IMG/VR virus record: IMGVR_UViG_3300031951_000032
Strand: one strand, 5' to 3'
DNA length: 64,000 bases
Source of the DNA: an uncultured virus (IMG/VR IMGVR_UViG_3300031951_000032)
Taxonomy: Duplodnaviria > Heunggongvirae > Uroviricota > Caudoviricetes
The notes under the pieces were generated by a model. That model saw only the letters and a list, made by a program, of their open reading frames with translations, was not told the origin of the DNA and searched no databases. Position 1 is the first letter of the stretch. Every line of letters starts with the position of its first letter. Both the position numbers and the translations under genes were made by a program. This document shows, piece after piece, positions 53,579 through 64,000 of the stretch.

Positions 53579-54676
53579 ATGTCAAAAATTAAGTTATCGG
53601 AGTTGACGGAACTAACTATACCGTCTTCCAATACAAAAAATACGTATTTCATCGTAACAGACATAGAGACTGGCACTCCAGTTTCAAAGAAAATGTCTGC
53701 GTTTACGCTTGACACTTTGCTTGATGTTTCTCAGGGTCAAGCCAACTTGGCATTCAATCATGCCAACTCTGCGTTTATTCAATCTAATTCAGCATACATT
53801 CATTCAAATTCGGGATTTATTCAATCCAACGCTGCATTTACTCATGCAAATTCGGGATTTATTCAGTCCAACGCTGCATTCACACATTCAAACTCTGGAT
53901 TTATTCATTCAAACTCTGCATTTATTCAATCTAATTCGGCTTTCATACACGCTAATGCCGCATATCTCTCTCAGAATGCGACAGGTCAATATGCCAACGC
54001 TGCATTTTTACGTGCAAATAATTCACTGAGCGCAAACGTTGGTGGTACGATTACTGGTGACGTTTCTATTACAGGCAATTTAACTGTAACTGGCGTGACA
54101 ACCTATGTCAACACACAAACTGTGTTAGTTGCTGATAATATACTCACATTGAATGCTGCGATAAGCCAATCTGGCACGCCAATATCTGATGCGGGCATTG
54201 AAGTTGATAGAGGCAACGAAGCGAATGTTTATATCTTATGGAATGAAACTAGCAATAAATGGACTTTTACGGAAGATGGAACTAACTATGATACCTTAGG
54301 TGGGTCATCTGCATCTTCTTATGCAAATTCAGCATTTGTTCATGCTAACGCCGCATTTAACGCCGCAAATTTGACCGTTGGAGTTGATGCGACACAAAAT
54401 GATACCATTACTGCTGCATTTTCACTTACAAATACCACTTTCAATATTGCGACTATTTTTATTCCTGGTGTTGATTTAACCCAGAACAATAGTATTACTG
54501 CTGCTTTCTTACATGCTAATGCCGGCTTTGACGCCGCTAATACTGCTGAGGCTTACACGGCTGCAAACCTATCAACTAGTTTGTGGGCAACTTCACCACC
54601 AGCAACAGTACAGGCCGCCATTGAAAGATTGGCCAATGTAGTAATTGTGTTAAATGGATATACTCCAATACCATAA
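53579..54676 (+). CDS. fibre-like virion protein with heptad repeats
   Basis: KLSELT N-terminus; tandem F-x-(H/Q)-(S/A)-N-(S/A)-(A/G); AGIEVDRG...LWNE motif. Confidence 0.7.
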   Translation: MSKIKLSELTELTIPSSNTKNTYFIVTDIETGTPVSKKMSAFTLDTLLDVSQGQANLAFNHANSAFIQSNSAYIHSNSGFIQSNAAFTHANSGFIQSNAAFTHSNSGFIHSNSAFIQSNSAFIHANAAYLSQNATGQYANAAFLRANNSLSANVGGTITGDVSITGNLTVTGVTTYVNTQTVLVADNILTLNAAISQSGTPISDAGIEVDRGNEANVYILWNETSNKWTFTEDGTNYDTLGGSSASSYANSAFVHANAAFNAANLTVGVDATQNDTITAAFSLTNTTFNIATIFIPGVDLTQNNSITAAFLHANAGFDAANTAEAYTAANLSTSLWATSPPATVQAAIERLANVVIVLNGYTPIP

Positions 54677-54688
54677 TAAATAAAAATT

Positions 54689-56263
54689 ATGACTACAACA
54701 GTAACATCTAAAAAACTGCCTTACATAGCGGCTGTACAATTCAAAGAATCTTTTTACGAACCTGCACCTGAAGTGGGTTATGTTTACATTGGTAGACATA
54801 CTGCCTATGCCGATGAAGACTCACCTGACAACATTGTTGATTCAGTGATTGATGAAAAATTGGCATGGGAAAATATGATTGCCGCCAAAAGAATTACAGG
54901 GAATGATGTTGAACTTGTGATACCCCTGAATAACTGGACGGCGAATACAAAATATAAACAATACGATGATGCAATTAAGTTAGATGAACTATTGACTGGT
55001 AACAATTCTCTAAACGTAAGACCGATGTATGTTTATACGTCTGAGAGAAATGTGTATAAATGTTTATCAAATAATTTTTCATCAAACTCCACCGTTGAAC
55101 CAACTGGTGATTATACTTCTTCAAATGGTAACATTACTACTGTTGATGGTTATATTTGGAAATACATGTACAATGTCAAACCGTCAAATAAATTTTTATC
55201 TGATGAATGGATACCATCACCGGCAGGCATTCAACAATTAGATTATGGTGTGAGTAGCATTAATTTAGTTGATGGTGAATTAACAACAATCGTTGTGCAA
55301 AACAGCGGTAGTGGTTATTATGAAAACAACGTTTCTGTTTTGCCTATTTTTATAACGGGTTGTACTAGATTAACACTAGCAAATACCACCAATGTTGCAG
55401 CAAACATGACTGTTTCTGGAACAGGTATAGCACCTGGCACATTTATTTCTAGTATTGATGTACCAAATAATAATATTTTCCTTTCAACTGCAACTTCTGC
55501 GTCCGGTGGAGGAAATACTACAGCCAATCAAATTTCTTTGACGACTAGAGTTTTCATTGATGGTGATGGAATAGGAGCAGTAGCGGCTCCAACAGTTAAT
55601 GCAGCAGGTTTCGTCACAAAAGTATCCGTAACAACGATTGGTACCGGCTATTCCAGAGCAAATGCTTTTGTTTTCGGGACTGGCACTGGTGCTTCTCTTC
55701 GTGTAATTCGTGATATGAAATTTGGTCACGGATACAATCCAGCAAGAGAATTGGGTGCAAACAGTGTTATGGTCGTGTCACGCATCGGTGAAATTGATTC
55801 AACTGAAAATGGTAAGATACCAGCAAATACAACTTTTAGACAATATGGTATCTTTGTAAACCCTCATAAATATGGAGAAGCAAATGTTGTTTCATCCGTT
55901 AATGCTACTCCTGTTGTTTCTCAAGCTACCGAGATTACGTTGATTACTGGTCCACTTTATTCATTAAGTGAATTTGCATATCAAGGTTTTCCAAATGACA
56001 CAACAACAGCCAATACAGTTGCTCATGGATTTGTCCTTGATCAGACGACAAATCAGGTTAGACTTACTAATGTAAGAGGTGCCTTCAGACCAGGTCTACC
56101 TTTAAGAGGAGCAAGTTCGGGTGTCAATGATCGTTTGATTGTTTCAGTAAAAAATCCAGAATTTCAACCTTTTTCGGGTGATGTTCTTTACACAGAAAAT
56201 GCTACAAAAACTACAAGAGCGGATGGTCAGGCTGAAGACATCAAACTTATTGTTAGATTTTAG
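54689..56263 (+). CDS. gp8: baseplate wedge subunit
   Basis: VYKCL.N, S..EP, DGYIWKYMY, FRQ.G...NP, Q.EDIK....F. Confidence 0.88.
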   Translation: MTTTVTSKKLPYIAAVQFKESFYEPAPEVGYVYIGRHTAYADEDSPDNIVDSVIDEKLAWENMIAAKRITGNDVELVIPLNNWTANTKYKQYDDAIKLDELLTGNNSLNVRPMYVYTSERNVYKCLSNNFSSNSTVEPTGDYTSSNGNITTVDGYIWKYMYNVKPSNKFLSDEWIPSPAGIQQLDYGVSSINLVDGELTTIVVQNSGSGYYENNVSVLPIFITGCTRLTLANTTNVAANMTVSGTGIAPGTFISSIDVPNNNIFLSTATSASGGGNTTANQISLTTRVFIDGDGIGAVAAPTVNAAGFVTKVSVTTIGTGYSRANAFVFGTGTGASLRVIRDMKFGHGYNPARELGANSVMVVSRIGEIDSTENGKIPANTTFRQYGIFVNPHKYGEANVVSSVNATPVVSQATEITLITGPLYSLSEFAYQGFPNDTTTANTVAHGFVLDQTTNQVRLTNVRGAFRPGLPLRGASSGVNDRLIVSVKNPEFQPFSGDVLYTENATKTTRADGQAEDIKLIVRF

Positions 56264-56273
56264 AGGTTAATAA

Positions 56274-59200
56274 ATGCCACTTAATACAAATTTTAATCAA
56301 GACCCATATTACGACGATTTCAACGACGATAAAAACTTTTATCGTGTTTTGTTTAAGCCTGGTAATGCGGTTCAAGCCCGTGAGTTGACGCAACTACAAA
56401 GCACATTACAAGATCAAATTAAAAAATTTGGTGATCATATTTTTAGAACTGGTTCTGTCGTAACTGGTGGTCAGATTACAATTCAAAATACCGCATATAT
56501 TAATATTTCTTCAACATATTCTGGTCAAGATATCTCTCATATCAATTTTGATAAACAAACAATTATTAACACCGCCAATACTAAACGTGCTTACGTTTTA
56601 AAATCATATGGCGCAGATAGCACAAATGGTGAACCAATTACATTTGTAATTAATCAATTATATGGTGCACCGTTTACCGAAAACGAAACTGTTTATACTC
56701 AAAATACCGATCCTGCTGCAATCACTTATTATGCAAACACAACATCAACAAATGCCACAGGTAACAATCAAACTTTTTCTGTAAACGAAGGTGTTTTTTA
56801 TTATGATGGTTTCTTTGTTAAAACTCAACCACAGTCGGTAGCAATTGCAAAATACACTTCTTCAGGCAACGCTCTTGTTGGATTTGCTGTTAGTGAAGAT
56901 TTAATTGATTATACTGAAGACACAACTCTTCTTGATCCTGCACAAGGTTCATCTAATTTCCAAGCACCTGGAGCAGATCGTTATAAAATTGCATTGACAT
57001 TAGAAACTCGTACTGTTGATAGCTCAGACTTAAAAGAGTTTATTGAAGTGGCAGTGATGAGAGAAGGTGGTCTTCAAAAAGTTATTCAAACTCCAATTTA
57101 TGGTGTAATTGGTGATGAACTTGCTCGTCGTACATTTGATGAATCTGGCGACTACGTAATTAAAAACTTTGATATCTTCATGTCGGACAGTGAAGCTAAT
57201 TCAGCATTTGCCAATGTAACTATAGGCTCAGGTAAAGCATATATTAAAGGTTATGAATATCAAACCATTTCACCGACAGTTCTTACAATTCCAAAACCAA
57301 GAACTGTAACTGAAGTACAAAATCAAAGAATCACTTCTGATTATGGTTACTTTGTTTATGCCAATAACTTGATTGGTAACTTTGCCACAAATCAGTATGA
57401 CAATGTTGCGGTTTTATCAATTGATACGGGTTCAATTCCTACGATTGCTTCACCAACGGGAATTGTAAATACCGCAATTTTGGCTAATACAACCATTGGT
57501 AACGTTAAAGTTAAAATGAGTAAGTTTTATGCGGCTTCGGGTAATACTCAAGACGCTAATAATTACATCTATAAACTTTTCATAACAGATTCAAATTCAA
57601 AATCTATTGGTGCTGAAGTAAACGGTGGTCAAGGTTGGAATGTTGATACCGCAGGAACAACTTCAACTGTTGTTTTACCTGGTAATTTTTCAGCAAACAA
57701 TGATGCCTACAAAGGCATGAAAATTAAAACTACTGTTATTGCTGGATTAACTTCTGGTTCCGGTATTGATCCTTATAACTTAAAACAACGCACAATCACA
57801 GCATATGTCGGTTCAACAAGAACTGCTACAATTGATCCTCCATTCACCTCGGCACCACAAACAAGTTGGAGATTTATCATTGACAGTGGTTTTTTCAATG
57901 CTGAATCACTGGTTAGATTAAACGCTGCTGGTTATGTAATCGCATCAGCAAATATAAGCCCATTGTCTAAAAATATGTCAATTGGTGCACCACCTGCTGT
58001 TCTGTCTGATTTGCAAGACCAGTTTCAGCCTACCACAATTCAAGAAGCAAAAAATGAACCTCTTCTTATAAGAATTGGTTTTCCTAATGTTGCAGATAAT
58101 ACAATCAAAGATTTTTCATACTCATATTCTAAACTCTATCAAGACGTTGTGTTTACTGATACTGTTTCACAAGCACTTTCTTTTGGAACAGGCGAATCTT
58201 TACAAGCAGCCACAACTGATGGTTCTAAGAGACAATATTATAGAGTTGTAATAAAAACTCCGGGTTCTGCTCCTTATCACAGAGGTCAAACTGTACCATC
58301 ACAGGCTATTACAATAGGTACAGATTCAAGAACAATCACCGTTTCTGGTGGTGTTACCGGAATGACTGCAAACATTTATGCCACAATCAACGCATCAAAT
58401 CCAACTTCAAAAACTAAGAGATTTATTAAAGCAAATACAATCTTAGTTGATCCAGCTGGTGCTGGTGTAAGAGTTAATAGCATCTTCACATCCGGAAATG
58501 ACAATGTATATGTTGCCGCAGATGATGGTCAAACTATTATTCGTGATTCAATTTTAGAGAAAAGAACTGGTAGGCCACAGTCGCTATATGTTGCTGATGT
58601 TCATTCAATTAATGCTATTTTTGATTTTAATGGAACTTGGCCAATTACAACAGCAAACTATAACAGCACGATTGCTAATCCATCAGCAAACGTAACGGAT
58701 CGTTATTCGTTTGATACTGGGCAAAAAGATTCATATTATGATTGGTCTTCTATTTCCTTGAAGTCGGGTCAAAATCCTCCTAGAGGACCTTTGCTCATAA
58801 GATATAACCGATTCAAATCAACTGGTGCAGGATTCTTTAATGTTGATTCATACGTTCGTTTAGGTCAAGAATCTGATGGTGGTTCTGGTGTTGATTATGG
58901 TAGCATACCAACATACTTTACGCAAGATGGTAAGGCTTTAAAATTAGCAGAATATTTGGATTTCAGACCGGTTCGTAAAGATGCTGTTGGTTCATTTACA
59001 GCAAATAATTTCGTCTTAGATGCAGACGAAGCAAATCTAGGCACAAAAATTTCTGAACCAGATTTGGATATTTTAACAGATTACTCTTACTATCTACCTA
59101 GAATTGATAGAGTTATTTTAACAAAGAATCGTGAGTTTAAGATTTTAGAAGGTATTCCTTCCACGAATCCTATTGTTCCTGCTCAACCAGATGATGCAAT

Positions 59201-62200
59201 GACATTGTATATTTTGTCGCATCCTTCTTATTTGAATTTTGCTTCATCTACACAGATTCAAATCTTTAATAATCGTAGATATACGATGAAAGATATTGCG
59301 AATCTTGATAAGCGCATACAGAATCTTGAGTTATACACTTCATTATCATTAGCTGAGTTGGCAACAATCAACAAGAATGACCGCACCGTGAGAGATAGTA
59401 TCGGTTTAAGCCGTCCAAAAAATGGTATTTTTGTAGATTCATTTACCGATAAACGTGCAGCAGATATTACTGCTACCGACTTTGATGCTGCGATTGATAT
59501 TATTGCACGTGAATGTCGTGGTTCTTATAATATTGCATCAACTGGAGTCTTTTCAAATAACTCAACTTCAAACTTTAATGTTGAGGTTAATGGACCTTTG
59601 TTATTGCTTGCTTCTTCAAACACAACTTTTGTGTCACAAAACAAAGCATCTAAGTCACTCAACATCAATCCATTTAACGTTGTTAATTATTTGGGTTCAA
59701 TTAAACTTGACCCACCTTCTGATGTTTGGAAATCGGATAATCGTTTAGAAGCACAAAATATTGACTTAACTGGTGGTGACGCCGCCCGTGATGCTTGGAG
59801 TTCAATTCAAAGCACAACTTGGGGTGCGTGGAATACTCAGTGGACAACTTCATCTACTTTCTTGGGTAGTGAAACAACTACCGAAACTACAAACATGAGG
59901 GTTAATGGTCAAACAATGGATCAAGTAAGAGCAACCAGAGGTGACAGAGTTGCTGATATATGGGAAAATCAATTTAATAGAGGTGGTGTTGGGGCAACTG
60001 GTTTTGTTGCAACCGCTGATCGCACAACCACAACTACAGATAGATATCACGAAACACAAAACTTGCAAGCATCTCGTACAGGTATTCTTGCACAAATTGT
60101 ACCACAACAACTAACACAAACTTTAGGTGACCGTGTTCTTGATCTTTCAATTGTTCATTATATGAGAGAAAAGAATATTCTGGTTGTGGCTGAAAGATTT
60201 AAACCATTTACTACACTTTATGCGTTCTTTGATAACACTAAAGTTGCCAAATACATGGCAAAAGTAAATCGTGTTCAGTTTGAAACAAGTCCTTTGGAGT
60301 TTCAAACAACTTTATCAAATGCAGAAACCGTTACAATTTATCAAGCATCTTCTTCCGATACATTCTCTGAAACGGATACTGTAATTGGAACTGGTGGCGT
60401 TGTTCTCACATCAAATAAAGATGCATACATTGTAAACTTTATACCGACGCCAGCATTTGGTTCTTGGTCAAATGTTACAAATGGTATTTGGGTAAAAGGA
60501 ACTGTAACTGGTAAAACTTATCATGCAACAAAGTGGTATCATAGCACAGGACTTGCTTTAGGTGGTACAGCATCTTCTATTACATTAAACTTTCATGCGG
60601 GCGGCGCACAAGGCACAGCGGATTATGTTGGTCAGAAAATTTTTATTCTAAAAGGAACTGGCGCAGGGCAAGAAGGCATAATCACTGCATATGATTCATC
60701 AACAAGAATCGCCACTGTAAGTGGATTTACGGTTACACCAAGCACAGATTCTTTATACACAATTGGATTACTTGAAACTGATGAAGCTGGTGCATGTGCT
60801 GCCGTGTTTAATATTCCTGGTGATGTGTTTAGAACAGGTGAAAAGTTACTTCGTTTAGTTGACGATGAATTTAATAACTTAGAAAATTCTAGAACAAATG
60901 GTGACACAACTTTCTATGCTTCGGGTATTGTTCAAACCAAACAAGAGAGTTCAATTTCGGTGTTTAGTCCTACAGTAACTCGTCGTTCTGTAACTGAAGA
61001 ATTTGCAGCATCAACAGATTCAGTTAGATCATTTACAAAATCAGAAACAACCACGGTTCGTGCATATGTTGACCCTCTTGCACAAACATTCCTTATCAAC
61101 ATTGCTCAATATCCTCAGGGTGTTGTTATTGATTCTATTCGTGTTTGCTTTAAAACTAAAGACTCAACAGCTCCAGTAACTTGTCAGATTCGTCCAGTTG
61201 TGAATGGTTACCCATCATCTTCAACTGTATATCCTTTTGGTGAAAAAACTTTGACGCCAGATAAAGTTAAAATTTCAACAATTCCAGATATTACGGATCC
61301 GAACAAGTATACTGAATTTAAATTTGATGTTCCTCTACTGTTAATTCCTGGTGAACATTCATTTGTTCTTCTTTCAAATAGTAATGGATATGAAGCATTT
61401 ATTGCAGGTATTAATGATACAGATTTGAGAACTAGCGTGAAAATTTCAGATCAACCTTACACAGGTTCTCTGTTCTTGTCACAAAACGGCTCAACATGGA
61501 CTGCTGATCAATATAATGACATCATGTTTACGATTCAAAAACGTGTATTTACAAATGGTGTTGGATATGCTTACCTAGAATCGGATATGTCTCAGTATTC
61601 AGCAAACACTGTATATGATGTTTTACAGTTAATGTCAACTGATGTAGTTATAGCAAATACTACCGTTCAGTATGATTTTGTTTCTGAATTGGAATCCGGA
61701 GGCACACATCCTCTGTTGCCTATTATTCCTAATATTGATTATGAAGTTGACATTGATGGTTATGGAAGAAGAATTTTAAATACTGTAACAGGAAATACTA
61801 CTTTTGAGTTGCGTGTTTCAATGGCAACAAATAATCAAGACGTATCTCCGATGATTGATATTACTCGTTTAAATCTTCTAACGATTGAAAACAAGATTAA
61901 TAATCTACCATTGAAAAATACGGGATTTCAAATTACTAATTCTGGTGTTGGATACACAGGTAATGGGACCGTGACGTTTAGCTATCCTAATGGTGCCATT
62001 GGTAAAGGTGCGGGTGCTGCTGCTGTTGCTGTCGTAGAAAATCCTGGTGCTACTGGAGTTATTTCACGAATTGAACTAACAAATCCTGGAACGGGATATA
62101 TTACTTCACCTTTAATTACAATTAATACTCCTGCAACTGGTGGTGGCACAACTGCAACTGTGTTATATAATGGTGAAGACAAATCATTAGGTGGTAATGC

Positions 62201-62663
62201 AGATGTTCGTTACCTAACAAAACGAGTTCCTCTGGCTTCAGGTTTTGATGCTGGCGACCTTCGTGTTTATATGGATGCATATCGTCCACCGGGTTCTGGC
62301 ATTTTAGTATGGTACAAATTATTGTCTGAAAGTGACGCAAGTAAATTTGAAGATAATACCTGGAATTTAATGACAGAACTTTCTGATTCTGCAAACTTCG
62401 TTTCAAAAAATGTTTACGACTATGGTGAACTGACGTTTGCTCCAGGAGTTTATGGTTCTGGACTTGCAGATAACAAAGTATTATATACATCATCACAGGG
62501 AACAACACATAAAGATTTTATGATGTTTCAGATAAAAGTAGTTATGTATGGACAAAGTACGACTGCTGTTCCTAGATTTGGTCAACTTCGTGTTGTTGCC
62601 TTACCTGCTTCAACTCTACTTGGTGTTGTTGAAGGTAAAGTGACAACCATACCGGTAAATTAA
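56274..62663 (+). CDS. large virion structural protein (DUF4815/VrlC-like)
   Basis: PYYDDF...KNFYRVLFKPG.AVQARELTQLQ, APGADR, DPLAQTF. Confidence 0.85.
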   Translation: MPLNTNFNQDPYYDDFNDDKNFYRVLFKPGNAVQARELTQLQSTLQDQIKKFGDHIFRTGSVVTGGQITIQNTAYINISSTYSGQDISHINFDKQTIINTANTKRAYVLKSYGADSTNGEPITFVINQLYGAPFTENETVYTQNTDPAAITYYANTTSTNATGNNQTFSVNEGVFYYDGFFVKTQPQSVAIAKYTSSGNALVGFAVSEDLIDYTEDTTLLDPAQGSSNFQAPGADRYKIALTLETRTVDSSDLKEFIEVAVMREGGLQKVIQTPIYGVIGDELARRTFDESGDYVIKNFDIFMSDSEANSAFANVTIGSGKAYIKGYEYQTISPTVLTIPKPRTVTEVQNQRITSDYGYFVYANNLIGNFATNQYDNVAVLSIDTGSIPTIASPTGIVNTAILANTTIGNVKVKMSKFYAASGNTQDANNYIYKLFITDSNSKSIGAEVNGGQGWNVDTAGTTSTVVLPGNFSANNDAYKGMKIKTTVIAGLTSGSGIDPYNLKQRTITAYVGSTRTATIDPPFTSAPQTSWRFIIDSGFFNAESLVRLNAAGYVIASANISPLSKNMSIGAPPAVLSDLQDQFQPTTIQEAKNEPLLIRIGFPNVADNTIKDFSYSYSKLYQDVVFTDTVSQALSFGTGESLQAATTDGSKRQYYRVVIKTPGSAPYHRGQTVPSQAITIGTDSRTITVSGGVTGMTANIYATINASNPTSKTKRFIKANTILVDPAGAGVRVNSIFTSGNDNVYVAADDGQTIIRDSILEKRTGRPQSLYVADVHSINAIFDFNGTWPITTANYNSTIANPSANVTDRYSFDTGQKDSYYDWSSISLKSGQNPPRGPLLIRYNRFKSTGAGFFNVDSYVRLGQESDGGSGVDYGSIPTYFTQDGKALKLAEYLDFRPVRKDAVGSFTANNFVLDADEANLGTKISEPDLDILTDYSYYLPRIDRVILTKNREFKILEGIPSTNPIVPAQPDDAMTLYILSHPSYLNFASSTQIQIFNNRRYTMKDIANLDKRIQNLELYTSLSLAELATINKNDRTVRDSIGLSRPKNGIFVDSFTDKRAADITATDFDAAIDIIARECRGSYNIASTGVFSNNSTSNFNVEVNGPLLLLASSNTTFVSQNKASKSLNINPFNVVNYLGSIKLDPPSDVWKSDNRLEAQNIDLTGGDAARDAWSSIQSTTWGAWNTQWTTSSTFLGSETTTETTNMRVNGQTMDQVRATRGDRVADIWENQFNRGGVGATGFVATADRTTTTTDRYHETQNLQASRTGILAQIVPQQLTQTLGDRVLDLSIVHYMREKNILVVAERFKPFTTLYAFFDNTKVAKYMAKVNRVQFETSPLEFQTTLSNAETVTIYQASSSDTFSETDTVIGTGGVVLTSNKDAYIVNFIPTPAFGSWSNVTNGIWVKGTVTGKTYHATKWYHSTGLALGGTASSITLNFHAGGAQGTADYVGQKIFILKGTGAGQEGIITAYDSSTRIATVSGFTVTPSTDSLYTIGLLETDEAGACAAVFNIPGDVFRTGEKLLRLVDDEFNNLENSRTNGDTTFYASGIVQTKQESSISVFSPTVTRRSVTEEFAASTDSVRSFTKSETTTVRAYVDPLAQTFLINIAQYPQGVVIDSIRVCFKTKDSTAPVTCQIRPVVNGYPSSSTVYPFGEKTLTPDKVKISTIPDITDPNKYTEFKFDVPLLLIPGEHSFVLLSNSNGYEAFIAGINDTDLRTSVKISDQPYTGSLFLSQNGSTWTADQYNDIMFTIQKRVFTNGVGYAYLESDMSQYSANTVYDVLQLMSTDVVIANTTVQYDFVSELESGGTHPLLPIIPNIDYEVDIDGYGRRILNTVTGNTTFELRVSMATNNQDVSPMIDITRLNLLTIENKINNLPLKNTGFQITNSGVGYTGNGTVTFSYPNGAIGKGAGAAAVAVVENPGATGVISRIELTNPGTGYITSPLITINTPATGGGTTATVLYNGEDKSLGGNADVRYLTKRVPLASGFDAGDLRVYMDAYRPPGSGILVWYKLLSESDASKFEDNTWNLMTELSDSANFVSKNVYDYGELTFAPGVYGSGLADNKVLYTSSQGTTHKDFMMFQIKVVMYGQSTTAVPRFGQLRVVALPASTLLGVVEGKVTTIPVN

Positions 62664-62664
62664 T

Positions 62665-62889
62665 ATGAAATTTGTTCAAATAAAATCAAATAAAAACTTG
62701 TACCGTGATTTGGAAAGCGGTGCAATATTGAATACTGACCGAGAACAGTTGAAAACTTATTATGCTGAGAGGGATCAGAAAATAAAAGAACTACAAGAAA
62801 AACAAAGTTTAGAAAATAAAGTAAATAAATTAGAAGATGATATGTCAGAAATTAAAGACCTTCTCCGTCAACTTGTAACGAGAACATAA
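62665..62889 (+). CDS. small coiled-coil phage protein
   Basis: LYRD..SGAILN...EIK.LL. Confidence 0.75.
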   Translation: MKFVQIKSNKNLYRDLESGAILNTDREQLKTYYAERDQKIKELQEKQSLENKVNKLEDDMSEIKDLLRQLVTRT

Positions 62890-62890
62890 G

Positions 62891-63985
62891 ATGGCAATAA
62901 ATCAAATTTCAACAGCCAATACGTTTGAAGAATGGTTATCAACCACTTCTACTTTGGTTGCAGTCGCTAATAATCTAACTGATAATACAAATGGTGGATT
63001 TTTAGCGAACTCTTCAATTTTTATTGAAGGCTCTGCGGCTTCTCTTAATGTTCGTACTCATGCTAATATTAATTATGTTTGGGCTAACACCGCAAACATA
63101 TCTAACGTTTCAATTATTGCTGGTAGTGTGACAGGTAATGCCAATCTAACTTTTGATGGCGCTACGATTAATAAACTTACCTTTGGTAATGTTGTTGTCA
63201 CAGGTAACATTCAAACAGTTAATGTAACCACTAGTTTGAATGTTGGTGGTGATGCTATCATTTCTGGTAATCTAAGAATCACAGGCAATACGACACTAGA
63301 CAATATTGGTTTTAATGATTTAAGTATTGCTGGTAATGCATCGGTCGGTAATAATTTAGTTGTAACTCAAAACATTGCAGTAGTCAATGTTACTAGAACA
63401 CTGAACGTTGGTAGCAGCATTGTTGCACCACTGGCCAATATCGCCAACATTAACTTGTCTTTCAGTTCAATTACTGTACCAGAAACATTAACTGTCAATA
63501 ATGCTAGTATAACTGGTAATCTTTTTGTTGCAAATACTACAGTCAATGGCAATATTACACGTGCTAATGTCACAACAACGCTGAACGTTGGTAGCAGCAT
63601 TGTTGCACCACTGGCCAATATCGCCAACATTAACCTGTCGTTTAATTCACTGTCTGTTCCAGGTAATTTAATCGTAACTGGTGCATCTTCCAATATTACA
63701 GGTGGATTAGCAATTGGTGGAAACATTGCCGTAGCAAATATTACGAGCAACCTGTCTGTCGGTGGTGATGCGTTCATTTATGGTAATTTGACGATTACTG
63801 GTAATACCACACTAGATTCAATTGGCTTCAATGATTTAAATGTTGCTGGTCAGATTACTTCAACAAACCTGAACACAACAAATGCAAGTATTCAAATTCT
63901 TGTAGGGCAAGCAAACAACAGTATTTACAGTGCCATCACAGCGGCAACTGAATCGGCGATTGCATTTGCGATTGCCCTAGGTTAA
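62891..63985 (+). CDS. tail fibre-like beta-repeat protein
   Basis: NTF.EW N-terminus; V/N/G-rich repeats; AIALG C-terminus. Confidence 0.72.
   Translation: MAINQISTANTFEEWLSTTSTLVAVANNLTDNTNGGFLANSSIFIEGSAASLNVRTHANINYVWANTANISNVSIIAGSVTGNANLTFDGATINKLTFGNVVVTGNIQTVNVTTSLNVGGDAIISGNLRITGNTTLDNIGFNDLSIAGNASVGNNLVVTQNIAVVNVTRTLNVGSSIVAPLANIANINLSFSSITVPETLTVNNASITGNLFVANTTVNGNITRANVTTTLNVGSSIVAPLANIANINLSFNSLSVPGNLIVTGASSNITGGLAIGGNIAVANITSNLSVGGDAFIYGNLTITGNTTLDSIGFNDLNVAGQITSTNLNTTNASIQILVGQANNSIYSAITAATESAIAFAIALG
63401..63634 (+). repeat. exact 54-bp direct repeat (63401-63454 and 63581-63634)
   Basis: CTGAACGTTGGTAGCAGCATTGTTGCACCACTGGCCAATATCGCCAACATTAAC twice, 180 bp apart. Confidence 0.9.
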
Positions 63986-64000
63986 ATAAATAGACAAAAA

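Noticed and set aside
63401..63634. Direct repeat as a diversity-generating retroelement TR/VR pair
   Set aside because: Copies are identical with no adenine-specific changes, both are in-frame in one gene, and no reverse transcriptase is present in the window

Overview
64 kb of a large T4-like (myovirus) phage genome in the standard genetic code. The host is probably a betaproteobacterium, inferred from the pqqA sequence, short rubrerythrin, two-piece tmRNA and sigma70 promoters. Layout: 1-6.9 kb, small early hypothetical genes behind near-consensus TTGACA-17-TATAAT promoters. 7.05-11.25 kb, 23 tRNA genes covering all 20 amino acids. 10-32.9 kb, accessory and replication genes (ArfA-like peptide, rubrerythrin, PqqA, RNase H, nucleotide-sugar cluster, ClpP, DenV-like glycosylase, Cas4-like nuclease, SAM-lyase-like protein, halogenase, permuted tmRNA, gp33, gp59, gp32). 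33-64 kb, tail and baseplate module. The main finding is an unannotated 31-codon leader ORF (6890-6985) directly upstream of the tRNA array. It encodes all 20 amino acids using 30 different codons that match the array's anticodons, and its 3' end forms a 17-bp antiterminator mutually exclusive with an intrinsic terminator. This looks like a ribosome-mediated attenuator that samples the whole charged-tRNA pool and controls phage tRNA supply. Other notable signals: an rrn-like boxA, covarying stem-loop cassettes between tRNAs, a probable -1 frameshift joining gp26 and gp51, three paralogous tape-measure-like proteins with different cell-wall enzymes, and strand-specific TC depletion in the first 1.7 kb. 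All family calls come from motif recognition by eye; no database searches were run.
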